A DNA stretch of 64,000 nt. Source: Harriotta raleighana. Taxonomy: Eukaryota. The notes beneath the pieces were generated by a model. That model saw only the letters and a list, made by a program, of their open reading frames with translations. It made no database searches and was not told the origin of the DNA. Below, in pieces: positions 48,161 to 58,751 of this stretch. A program made the translations under genes and the position numbers. The stretch spans positions 163,360 to 227,359 of the forward strand of contig JBNZDD010013398.1 in assembly GCA_050575255.1 (NCBI GenBank), in the 5' to 3' direction. Position 1 is the stretch's first letter; the number at the start of each line of letters is the position of its first letter.

Positions 48161-48724
48161 CTTGGTAACTGAAGTAACGGCTGTTTATTTCTGCTCAACA
48201 AAAACTTATTCGTCGTAACTTAGTATGGGATTTGGGCGTGCGTAAAGACGAGCTTTATTCTCATACATGTATTTTTCTTTTAAAATTCCTTTAAAGGAAA
48301 GGAATGTCGACTGTCCCTACCACTGCTGTAAATTTCATTCAATATATATCTATTGCTTGACATTTCCATCGCTTTCTATGCCGTGTGACTGTAGTAGCTT
48401 CTGCGGAATGTTCGGAATTACTTTAAAAGCAAGGATTTTATTGCCAAGTTGAACGTCTGACATCGATACCATATACTAAGAAATAGACAGCACGTTGTTT
48501 TCGGATTATCAATCGGAAAAATTGACGGTTAATAACAATACATATACAGAGTTAGTGTGAATGCTGCTAAAAGTCTTATTTGGTTAAGATTGTTTAATTG
48601 ACATTGGATTGAGATGGTAAAGTATTTAGCACCGTGTGTATCACAGCAGAAATTTTGAAAGTACAAGAGAAAATAAGGTTTGGATTACATAATAAATATC
48701 ATCTTACCTTTAAGAAAAGTGGAT

Positions 48725-48766
48725 TGTAGTTATTGGTTGGGACTCTTCGTGTCGCTGTGTACCAAT
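48725..48766 (+). promoter_or_regulatory. CSE promoter element
   Basis: Same 42-bp motif, 283 bp before ATG. Confidence 0.88.
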
Positions 48767-49007
48767 GAGGAGCCGAGACGTTGGCGGCGATCTATCCCCC
48801 TCCCCCACCACAAAAGGCTGAAGAGAATCGCGGCGGAGAGCACAACAGTGCTGCGTTTGCGCCGCGGAGATATATTCGGAAAGGTAGATCTAGCGGTGTT
48901 CAAAGTCTCACATTAACATCAGTATTTTATCCAGTGGAAGGATATTTTTCTAGTTGGAGAAAACGCTCAAACGCTGTTGGGAACAAAGAAAATCGCAGCT
49001 CAGAAGA

Positions 49008-51416
49008 ATGGCGAATGCGTTCAGCTGCGGGCCGCCTTTCATTTTTCTGTTGATTGTCTCTAACCTGGTATCTGGGCAAATTCACTACTCGATTCCCGAG
49101 GAACTGGAGCAAGGCGCCTTTGTTGGGAATATCGTTAGAGATTTAGGTTTAAAGATTGAAAAATTGTCGGCTCGCAAGTTCCGGCTGGTGTCTGATGACA
49201 GCCATCAGTACCTGAAGGTAAATTTTGAAAATGGTATTTTATTTGTGAATGAAAGAATCGACAGAGAAGAGCTGTGTGGACAGAGCCCGACCTGTTCCCT
49301 TTCCTTTGAAGCAGCGGTTGACAATCCTTTAGAGATGCATCATATTGAAGTAGAGATTGCGGATATTAATGATCATTCCCCGAATTTTCTGAAGGAAAGA
49401 TTTTACTTACAGATTGGTGAGTCTATTGCACCAGGTGCGAGCTTCCCTCTCGAGAGCGCGCATGATGCTGATGTGGGCGTCAACACCATCCGTACTTACC
49501 AGATTAGTTTTAACGATTATTTCGGTTTGAATATACAGATGACAAGTGAAGGTGGTAAAATTGTGGAGCTATTGTTGGAAAAGGCTTTGGATCGGGAACA
49601 GGAGTCAACAATTCAGGTTGTCCTAACGGCAGTTGATGGTGGCAACCCACACCGGTCTGGCACAGTGGAGATTAGCATCACTGTGCTCGACGCAAATGAT
49701 AATGCACCTATATTCGACCATGAAATATACAGGGCAAGTATACCAGAAAATGTCCCGAAAGGTACCGCAGTGACGCAAATCCGCGCTGATGATTTGGATA
49801 CAGGTACAAATGCAGAGGTAAAATACAGCTTTTCTAGTCACTCTTCCGAAAGGGGGCGAGAGATTTTCCAGCTGGATTCCGAAAGTGGTGAGATAAACGT
49901 TAATGGAGATCTGAATTTTGAGGAATCAAATGTCTTTGAACTCTATGTACAAGCGACAGACAACGGGGCAATTGCACTGACAGGTCGTGCCAAAGTTGTT
50001 ATTAAAGTAATTGACGTGAACGATAACGCTCCTGAGATAAAATTGAGTTCCATGTCACGTGTGGTCCCAGAAGATGCTGCAATCGGAAATGTACTTGCCT
50101 TGATAAGTGTATCGGATCGGGATTCCGGCGAAAACGGGCAAGTTCACTGCAAGATTCCCGGGATTATACCATTCAGACTTGAAAAGTCTCCTCAAAATCA
50201 GTACAAATTGGTTGTGGGTGAGGCGTTGGATCGAGAGAGAGAAGTCTCTTACAACATATCCATTCTAGCGTGGGATGGAGGAACCCCACCTCTGTCAGCA
50301 AACAGAACTATGTTGGTGACGGTTTCTGATGTGAATGACAACGCTCCAGAGTTCACACAATCTTCCTATAACGTGTATCTGATGGAGAACAACACTCCCG
50401 GGGCCTCCATATTTGCAGTGACCGCTGTAGACCCCGATGTGGACCAGAATGGGGAAGTCTCCTATTCTGTTGTGGAGAACCAGATCCAAGAAGTGTCAGC
50501 CACAGCTTACATCAGTATTAGCTCCAAGAGCGGGAACATTTACGCGCTGCGCTCCTTTGACTACGAACAAATGAAGCATTTCCAGATCAGAGTTGAAGCC
50601 CAGGATGGTGGGTCTCCCCCAATGAGCAGTGTTGCCCTCGTGAATGTTATAATCCTGGATCAAAATGACAATGCGCCATTTATTGTATCACCTGTAACAC
50701 GGAATAACTCAACAGCAGTGGAAATACCATTACGGTCAACATACCCAGGTTATTTAGTCACTAAGTTGTTGGCCACGGATGCAGATTCTGGTCAGAACGC
50801 ACGACTTTCCTATCAGCTGTTGGACGCCACCGATCCCAGTCTGTTCAGTGTGGGGCTGCTCACTGGGGAGATCAGAACACTGAGAAGGTTGTTGGAGGAA
50901 GTCGCCCCAACACAAAGTCTGGTCATTTTGGTGAAGGACAATGGACAGCCCAGCCTGTCCAGCACGGCCACTGTCCTCTTCTCTCTCCTATCAAATGTCA
51001 CTGACATTGCGCCTGAACAACATGACCAATTCAGCATTCTGAGAGACTTTTCGAATCTGAATCTATATTTAATTGTCGGTTTAGGATCAACTTCATTCAT
51101 ATTTCTTCTCACTATAATCCTGTTGGTTGCCATCAAGTGCAAACAGAACAGAAGTATCACTGAAGAATACGTTTGCCCAGTTTGTTGGTGGTGTCTGGGT
51201 CAGAGGATTTCTAAAGATAAGTTTAACCGAAGAGCTGCACCACATGAAGTTATAAATTATTCTGGTGTTGCAGCTGAACCTTACAATTACAGCATTTGCT
51301 TATCACCAGAATCATCCAAGAGCGAATTTCTGTACCTGAAGCCCTACACTGCCACCTTGCCTTACAATGATATCAGTGTTAGCAGCAGCACCGCCAGACA
51401 CGAATTTAAACAGTAA
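49008..51416 (+). CDS. Clustered protocadherin variable-type exon
   Basis: ORF 48954-51416, ATG 49008. Confidence 0.95.
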   Translation: MANAFSCGPPFIFLLIVSNLVSGQIHYSIPEELEQGAFVGNIVRDLGLKIEKLSARKFRLVSDDSHQYLKVNFENGILFVNERIDREELCGQSPTCSLSFEAAVDNPLEMHHIEVEIADINDHSPNFLKERFYLQIGESIAPGASFPLESAHDADVGVNTIRTYQISFNDYFGLNIQMTSEGGKIVELLLEKALDREQESTIQVVLTAVDGGNPHRSGTVEISITVLDANDNAPIFDHEIYRASIPENVPKGTAVTQIRADDLDTGTNAEVKYSFSSHSSERGREIFQLDSESGEINVNGDLNFEESNVFELYVQATDNGAIALTGRAKVVIKVIDVNDNAPEIKLSSMSRVVPEDAAIGNVLALISVSDRDSGENGQVHCKIPGIIPFRLEKSPQNQYKLVVGEALDREREVSYNISILAWDGGTPPLSANRTMLVTVSDVNDNAPEFTQSSYNVYLMENNTPGASIFAVTAVDPDVDQNGEVSYSVVENQIQEVSATAYISISSKSGNIYALRSFDYEQMKHFQIRVEAQDGGSPPMSSVALVNVIILDQNDNAPFIVSPVTRNNSTAVEIPLRSTYPGYLVTKLLATDADSGQNARLSYQLLDATDPSLFSVGLLTGEIRTLRRLLEEVAPTQSLVILVKDNGQPSLSSTATVLFSLLSNVTDIAPEQHDQFSILRDFSNLNLYLIVGLGSTSFIFLLTIILLVAIKCKQNRSITEEYVCPVCWWCLGQRISKDKFNRRAAPHEVINYSGVAAEPYNYSICLSPESSKSEFLYLKPYTATLPYNDISVSSSTARHEFKQ

Positions 51417-51981
51417 TGCGGAATGGAAAGAATAAGTAATTCGTCCTGTTAAACAAAATTTATATTTTTGGCAAGTCTTTGTCCATTTTTGCCATGCGGA
51501 ATGTGCAATCTGATCTTCATACCTGTTTTTATAATTGGAACAACTCTGTTGTTCGCACTGGGTGTACGGGTGCGGTAAATTGGATTCTTTAAAAAAATTG
51601 TTTGGTGTACTGCAAGGTTTTGCATTCTATATCCATTTCCCTTTTGTGTCTGCCGGATGTTCGGATAATTTCTAAATGTTGCGGTTTTCTCGCATGCCAT
51701 CAATTGATTGATTATCTGGCATGCGTTAGAATGTGCTTAGCAATGGACAACAGTTTGCTACGGGAATACAAACAAGGAAAAGTAACGGTTAATAACTTTA
51801 CATCTGGCAGTGCCAACGCTCATAAATATATTTTACGGTTAAATTGGTGTTATTAAATCTTTATTCACATTGTAAAATGATTATGGCCAGGTGGCCCGCA
51901 TTCCAAAGTTTGATAGTACTTTGGACAAGATAAAATTATAGTTAGACTGAAGATGTCAGTCTAGCTTTAAGGAAAGTGTAA

Positions 51982-52023
51982 TGTAGTTATTGTTTGCGAT
52001 TCTTCGAGTCGCTGTGTGCGAAT
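51982..52023 (+). promoter_or_regulatory. Decayed CSE promoter element of pseudogene
   Basis: tgtagttattgtttgcgattcttcgagtcgctgtgtgcgaat: ATTGG->ATTGT, CCAAT->CGAAT, TGTCGCT->AGTCGCT. Confidence 0.8.
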
Positions 52024-52260
52024 GAGGAGCCGAGACGTTGGCGGCGATCTACCCAGCTCCCCCACCACAACAGGCTGAAGAGAATCGTAGTGAACACCAC
52101 AGTAGTGCCTGCGCCGCGGAAACATCTTCAAAAAGGCATATCTAGCGGAGTTGAAGGTTTCACATTCCTGTCAGTATTATATCGCGTGGAAAAATCCATT
52201 TTCTGGTAGGCTAAAACATTCACACCCTTTTGGAAACAAAGAAAATCAGAACGAGGAAGG

Positions 52261-54667
52261 ATGGCGAATGCGCTCAGCTGCGGGCCGCCTTTCATTTTGC
52301 TGTTTGTCTCGGACCTGGGATCTGTGCAAATTCACTGCTCGATTCCCGAGTAACTGGAGCAAGGCGCCTTTGTTGGGAATATCGTTAGAGATTTAGGATT
52401 AAACCTTGGGAAATTGTCGGCTCGAAAATTCCGGTTGGTGTCTGACGACAGCCATCAGTATCTGAAGGTAAATTTTGAAAATGGTATTTTAATTGTGAAT
52501 GAAAGAATCGACAGAGAAAAGCTGTGTGGACAGAGCCCGATCTGTTCTCTTTCCTTTGAAGCGGCGGTTGACATTCCTTTAGAGGTGCATCCTATTGAAG
52601 TGAAGATCGAGGATATTAACGATAATTCCCCGAATTTTGTGAAAGAAAACATTCCTTTGCAGATTTGGGAATCAACTGCATTAGGAACGAGCTTCCCTCT
52701 CGAGAGCGCGCACGATCCTGACGTGGGCCTGAATACAATCAGTGCTTACCAGATCAGCTCTAATGACTATTTCGGTCTGAAGGTGCAGACCAGAAGCGAT
52801 GGGGGTAAAATTGTGGAGTTATTGTTAGAAAAGGTTTTGGATCGTGAACAGCAGTCAGAGTTTCAGCTGGTCCTGACAGCCATTGACGGTGGAATTCCGC
52901 AGATGTCTGGCACAGCTGTGATTAGCGTTACAGTGCTGGATGTCAATGATAATGCATCTACATTTGATCATGAAATATACAGAATAACCATCCCGGAAAA
53001 TACACAGATACTGACCTCGGTGACACAAATCAAGGCTATCGATTTGGATGAAGGTAGCAACGCTGAAGTGAAATATAGTTTTTCCAAGTCATTCTTTCTT
53101 CCGAAAGTGGGCGTAAGCTTTTCCTGTTAGATTCCGAAACTGGTGAGATAAGAGTTCAAGGAATTCTTGATTTTGAAGAGGCAAATGTTTACGAACTTTA
53201 CGTGCAATCCACAGACCGGGGAACGCCCCCTTTGGCGGGCCATGCGAAAGTTGTTGCCAAACTAATAGACGAGAACGATAACGCCCCTGAAATAAAATTG
53301 CGTTCGATATCAGGTGTAGTTCACGAGGATGTTAAACCCGGGACTGTGGTGGCTGTGATCAGCATAACTGACCGAGATTCCGGTGAAAACGGACAAATTC
53401 AATGCGGTGTTCCAAAGCATATCCCGTTTAGACTTGAAAAATCTCCCAACAACCAGTACAAGATAGTTGTGGGCGAGGCGTTGGATCGAGAGAGAGAATC
53501 GTTTTACAACATTCCCATTCTAGCCTGGGATGGAGGAACCGCACCGTTGTCAGCAAACAGAACTATGTTGGTGACGGTTTCTGATGTGAATGAGAACTCT
53601 ACAGAGTTCACACAATCTTCCTATAACTTGTATCTGATGGAGAACAACACTCCCGGGGCCTCCGTATTTGCAGTGACCGCTTTAGACCCCGATATGGACC
53701 AGAATGGGGAAGTCTCCTATTCTGTTGTAGAGAACCAGATCCAAGACGTTTCAGCCACAGATTACATCAGTATCAGCTCCAAGAGCGGGAACATTTAAGC
53801 GTTGCGTTCCTTTGACTGCGAACAATTAAAAGATTTTCAGATCAAAGAGCAAGCTCAGGATGGTGGGTCTCCCGCAGTGAACTGTGTGTTCCTCGTGAAT
53901 GTTATAATCCTGGCTCAAAATGACAATGCGCCATTTATTGTATCACCTGTAACACGGAATAACTCAACAACAGTGGAGATACCATTACGGTCAATATACC
54001 CAAGTTATTTAGTCAATAAGGTGTTGGGCACTGACGCAGATTCTGGTCAGACCGCACGGCTCTCCTATCAGCTGTTAGCCGCCACTGATCCCAGTTTGTT
54101 CAGAGTGGGGCTGCTCACTGGGGAGATCAGAACACTGAGAAGGTTCTTGGAGGAAGACGTCCCAAAACAAAGTCTGGTCATTTTGGTGAAGGATAATGGA
54201 CAGCCCAGCCTGTCCAGCACGGCCATTCTCCACTTCTCGTTTCTGTCCAATGTCACTGACATTTTGCCTGAACGAAGTAACCGCTCCAATATTAGAAACA
54301 ATTTTTCGCATCTTTATCTTCATGCAATCGTCGGTTTGGTATCAACTTCCCTTTTTTCCTAGTCACCATAATTCTGCTGATTGCCATCAAGTGTAAACAA
54401 AACAAAAATATCAGTGAAGGATACAGTTCCTCATTTTGTTGTTGCTTTGTTAATGGAATTTCTGATAATAACTGCAATCGAAGGCCTGCATCACATCAAT
54501 CTATAAATTATTCTGGACTTGGAGCTGAACCTTACCATTTCAGTATTTGTTTATCACCCCAGTCATCGAAGAGCGAATTTTTGTATCTGAAACCTTACAC
54601 TGCCACCTTGCCGTACAGTGATATCAGTGTTACGAACACAACCGCCAGACACGAATTTAAACAGTAA
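52261..54667 (+). pseudogene. Clustered protocadherin pseudogene (recent, full length)
   Basis: GAA->TAA at codon 31 (52351), frameshift ~53085-53100, TAC->TAA at 53796, frameshift ~54350; otherwise colinear with neighbours to cacgaatttaaacagtaa. Confidence 0.93.
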
Positions 54668-55225
54668 CTGGGTAACTGAAGTAACGGCTGTTCATTTCTG
54701 TTCAACAAAAACGTTTTCGTGGTAACTTGGTATTAGTTTTGGGCGTGCGTAAAGACGAACGTAATACTCCCACATGTTTTTTCCAGGAACATTTATTTTT
54801 ACTCCTAATGATCGTAGGACTGGGGAAAACGTCATTGGAAACATATAGTGCTGACGCTTTCATCGCTTACTATGCCGTGTGACTCTACTGGTGTTTGCCG
54901 GATGTTCGGAAATATTGAAAAAGGAACAGTTTACTCGCATGCCGTTATTTCGAAGTTGAATTTCTGATGGATAAAAGATGCTAAGTAGAGAGCACATTGT
55001 TTTTGGATGAATAATGGGAAAGATTGACGGTTTATAACATCGCATGTACGTAGTCAATGAGATTGCTGCCAAAAGTCTTATTTAGTTAAAATTGTTTAAT
55101 TCGATTAGATTGAGATTCTAAAATGATTAGAGCCATCTGTATCGCAGCATAAATTTTGAGAGTGCATGAGAAAATATGGTTTGGATGACATAATAAATAT
55201 CAGTCTAGCTTTAAGAAACGTGCAT

Positions 55226-55267
55226 TGTAGTTATTGGTTGGGACTCTTCGTGTCGCTGTGTACCAAT
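55226..55267 (+). promoter_or_regulatory. CSE promoter element
   Basis: Same 42-bp motif, 284 bp before ATG. Confidence 0.88.
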
Positions 55268-55509
55268 GAGAAGCCGAGACTTTGGCGGCGATCTGCCCCC
55301 CTCCCCCACCACAAAAGGCTGAAGAGAATCGCAGCGGAGAGCACAACAGTGCTGCGTTTGCGCAGCGGAGACATTTCAGAAAGGCAGATCTAGTCAGTTT
55401 AGATGGTTTAACCATAATGTTAGTATTTTATCGCGTGGAAATATACATTTTCTAGTTGTGGAAAACGCTTAAACGCTGTAGGGAACAAAGAAAATCGCAA
55501 CGTGGAAGA

Positions 55510-57915
55510 ATGGCGAATGCGCTCAGCTGCGGGCCGTCTTTCATTTTGCTGTTGTTTGTCTCCGACCTGGTATCTGGGCAAATTCACTACTCGATTCCCG
55601 AGGAACTGGAGCAAGGCGCCTTTGTTGGGAATATTGTTAGAGATTTAGGATTAAACCTTGGGAAATTGTCGGATCGCAAATTCCGGCTGGTGTCTGACGA
55701 CAGCCATCAGTATCTGAAGGTAAATTTTGAAACTGGCTTTTTATTTGTTAATGAAAGAATCGACAGAGAAGAGCTTTGTGGACAAAGCCCGATCTGTTCC
55801 GTTTCCTTTGAAGCTGAGGTTGAAATTCCTCTGGAAATGCATTCTGTTGTAGTGGAGATTTTAGATATTAATGACAATTCACCCAGATTTCGGACTGAAA
55901 GGTTTCCCTTGCAAATTTTCGAGTCAATTCCTCTCGGAGGAAGCTGCCCTCTCGAGAATGCCCATGATTCGGATGTCGGCGTGAACACAGTCAGTAGTTA
56001 TCAAATCAGTGCTAATGATTATTTTGGCCTGAATGTGCAGACAAGAAGCGACGGAAGCAAAATCGTGGAGTTATTGTTAAAGAAGGCTTTGGATCGCGAA
56101 CGGGAATCAGGGTTTCAGCTAGTCCTGACAGCCATCGACGGTGGCAAGCCTCAGAGGTCTGGCACAGCTGAGATTAGTATCACTGTACTTGACGCAAATG
56201 ACAACGCACCCGTGTTTGATCATGACATATACAGAGCAAACGTTCCAGAAAACACACGCAAGGGGACCTTAGTCACAAGAATTAACGCCGTCGATTTAGA
56301 CGCAGGTACCAACGCTGTGGTTAAATATAGGTTTTCTAGGCACTCCTCCGAAAGGGGGCGCGAGATTTTCAAACTGGAGTCGGATACTGGTGAGATAAAG
56401 GTTAATGGAGTCCTGGACTATGAGGAATCAAACGTTTATGATCTTTATGTAGAAGCCATAGACAACGGTGCTCCTCCCATGGTAGGAAATACCAAAGTTG
56501 TTGTCAAGGTAATTGATGTGAACGACAATAGTCCTGTGATAAAACTAAGTTCGATATCACGTGAAGTTCCGGAGGATTCTGCACCAGGAACTGTGGTGGC
56601 TGTGATAAGTGTATCGGATCGAGACTCTGCTGAAGACGGACAAGTTCACTGCAAGGTTCCTATGAACGTCCCATTCAGACTTGAAAAGTCTCCCAACAAC
56701 CATTACAAGTTGGTTGTGGGCGAGGCGTTGGATCGAGAGAGAGAATCCTCTTACAACATTTCCATTCTAGCCTGGGATGGAGGAACCCCACCCCTGTCAG
56801 CAAACAGAACTATGTTGGTGAAAGTTTCTGATGTGAATGACAACGCTCCAGAGTTTACACAATCTTCCCATAACGTGTATCTGATGGAGAACAACACTCC
56901 CGGTGCCTCCATATTTGCAGTGACCGCTATAGACCCCGATGTGGACCAGAATGGGGAAGTCTCCTATTCTGTTGTGGAAAACCAGATTCAAGATGTGCCA
57001 GCCACAGCTTACATCAGTGTCAGCTCCAAGAGCGGAAACATTTTCGCGCTGCGATCCTTTGACTACGAACAACTGAAGCATTTCCAGATCAAAGTTCAAG
57101 CCCAGGATGGTGGGTCTCCCCCAATGAGCAGTGTTGCCCTCGTGAATGTTATAATCCTGGATCAAAATGACAATGCGCCATTTATTGTATCAGCTGTTAC
57201 ACGGAATAACTCAACACCAGTGGAGATACCATTACGGTCAACATACCCGGGTTATTTAGTCACTAAAGTGTTGGGCACTGATGCAGATTCTGGTCAGAAC
57301 GCACGACTTTACTATCAGCTGTTGGACGCCACTGATCCGAGTCTGTTCAGTGTGGGGCTGCTCACTGGGGAGATCAGAACACTGAGAAGGTTGTTGGAGG
57401 AAGACGCCCCAACACAAAGTCTGATCATTTTGGTGAAGGACAATGGACAGCCTAGCCTGTCCAGCACGGCCACTGTCCTCTTCTCAGTCCTATCAAATGT
57501 CACTGACATTGTGCCTGAGCCAAGTGACAGATCCTATATTCGGGACTATTTCTCGGATCTTAATCTTGTTGTAATCGTCGGTTTAGGATCAACGTCCTTT
57601 GTATTTCTTGTCAGTATAATTCTGTTGGTTGTCATCAAATGTAAACAAGACAGAAATGTCACAGAAAGGTACAGTTCCATAGTTTGTTGCTGTTTGGGTC
57701 AGGAGATGACTGATGATAACTATAATCGAAGGGCTGCCCGTCATCAAACTGCAAATTACTCTGGAGTTGGAGGTGAACCTTACCATTACAGCATTTGCTT
57801 ATCTCCAGAGTCATCGAAGAGCGAATTTCTGTATCTCAAACCGTACACCGCCACGTTGCCCTACAGTGATGTCAGTGTTAACAATACAGCTGCCAGACAC
57901 GAGTTTAAACAGTAA
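55510..57915 (+). CDS. Clustered protocadherin variable-type exon
   Basis: ORF 55456-57915, ATG 55510. Confidence 0.95.
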   Translation: MANALSCGPSFILLLFVSDLVSGQIHYSIPEELEQGAFVGNIVRDLGLNLGKLSDRKFRLVSDDSHQYLKVNFETGFLFVNERIDREELCGQSPICSVSFEAEVEIPLEMHSVVVEILDINDNSPRFRTERFPLQIFESIPLGGSCPLENAHDSDVGVNTVSSYQISANDYFGLNVQTRSDGSKIVELLLKKALDRERESGFQLVLTAIDGGKPQRSGTAEISITVLDANDNAPVFDHDIYRANVPENTRKGTLVTRINAVDLDAGTNAVVKYRFSRHSSERGREIFKLESDTGEIKVNGVLDYEESNVYDLYVEAIDNGAPPMVGNTKVVVKVIDVNDNSPVIKLSSISREVPEDSAPGTVVAVISVSDRDSAEDGQVHCKVPMNVPFRLEKSPNNHYKLVVGEALDRERESSYNISILAWDGGTPPLSANRTMLVKVSDVNDNAPEFTQSSHNVYLMENNTPGASIFAVTAIDPDVDQNGEVSYSVVENQIQDVPATAYISVSSKSGNIFALRSFDYEQLKHFQIKVQAQDGGSPPMSSVALVNVIILDQNDNAPFIVSAVTRNNSTPVEIPLRSTYPGYLVTKVLGTDADSGQNARLYYQLLDATDPSLFSVGLLTGEIRTLRRLLEEDAPTQSLIILVKDNGQPSLSSTATVLFSVLSNVTDIVPEPSDRSYIRDYFSDLNLVVIVGLGSTSFVFLVSIILLVVIKCKQDRNVTERYSSIVCCCLGQEMTDDNYNRRAARHQTANYSGVGGEPYHYSICLSPESSKSEFLYLKPYTATLPYSDVSVNNTAARHEFKQ

Positions 57916-58469
57916 TTGTTTAATTGTCGTCATTGATTTACACTCTTGTTGAACAAAACTATTATTCAAGGCAACTTTGTTTTCTGCGTTCCTAGTCAGC
58001 ACCCTTATGCAAACCTGTTTTGTATTGATACTAATCCCATTGTTCTTGCTGTGCTTACGACTCGGTAAATACGATACTGATCGCATACTGTTTGTCCTTT
58101 GTAACGTTCTCTAATCTGTGTGATCTCAATTAATGACGAAAGGATGTTGGGAAATATTGTGGCAGGAAAAGTTTGTTTGCATGCCGTTGCCTCCATGCTG
58201 AATATCTGACATGGAATCCAGTATAGCCAGCATTGGACAACAGTTATATTCCATGAATAACTAATAGTAATGGTTCAAAGCTTCCCGTATATTGTGTCAG
58301 TGTCAATGCTCATAAATATAGTAGATACTGTGGAAAAATGTATGTTGTTCAACCATGGTTTCATTGTGGTATGGTTCTGGCCAGTAGTACAGGAAAACAT
58401 ATAAGGTGTGTGGAAAATAAGGTTTCGATGCTACAATAAATAATCATCTTAGCTTTAAGAAAAGTAGAT

Positions 58470-58511
58470 TGTAGTTATTGGTTGGGACTCTTCGTGTCGC
58501 TGTGTACCAAT
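58470..58511 (+). promoter_or_regulatory. CSE promoter element
   Basis: Same 42-bp motif, 282 bp before ATG. Confidence 0.88.
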
Positions 58512-58751
58512 GAGGAGCCGAGACGTTGGCGGCGATCTACCCCCCTCCCCCACCATAAAAGGCTGAAGAGAATCGCTGCGGAACACCACAACAGTGACTG
58601 CGTTTGCGCCGAAGAGACCTCATCAGAAAGGCAGATCTAGCGTTGTTCAAGGTTTCACGCTAATATCCGTATTATACCGTGTGAAAATATATTTTTTATA
58701 GTTGAAGAAGCTCAACGCTGTTGGAAACAAAGAAAATCGCAGCGCAGAAGA

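Noticed and set aside
35721-55393. Recurrent short ORFs over promoters (CSYWLGLFVSLCTNEE...)
   Set aside because: Translations of the conserved CSE; frame, start and stop are not conserved
32555-55509. 18-aa basic N-terminal extensions in the ORF track (32555, 39210, 48954, 55456)
   Set aside because: Begin at non-ATG codons; the conserved ATG (MAN..) precedes the signal peptide
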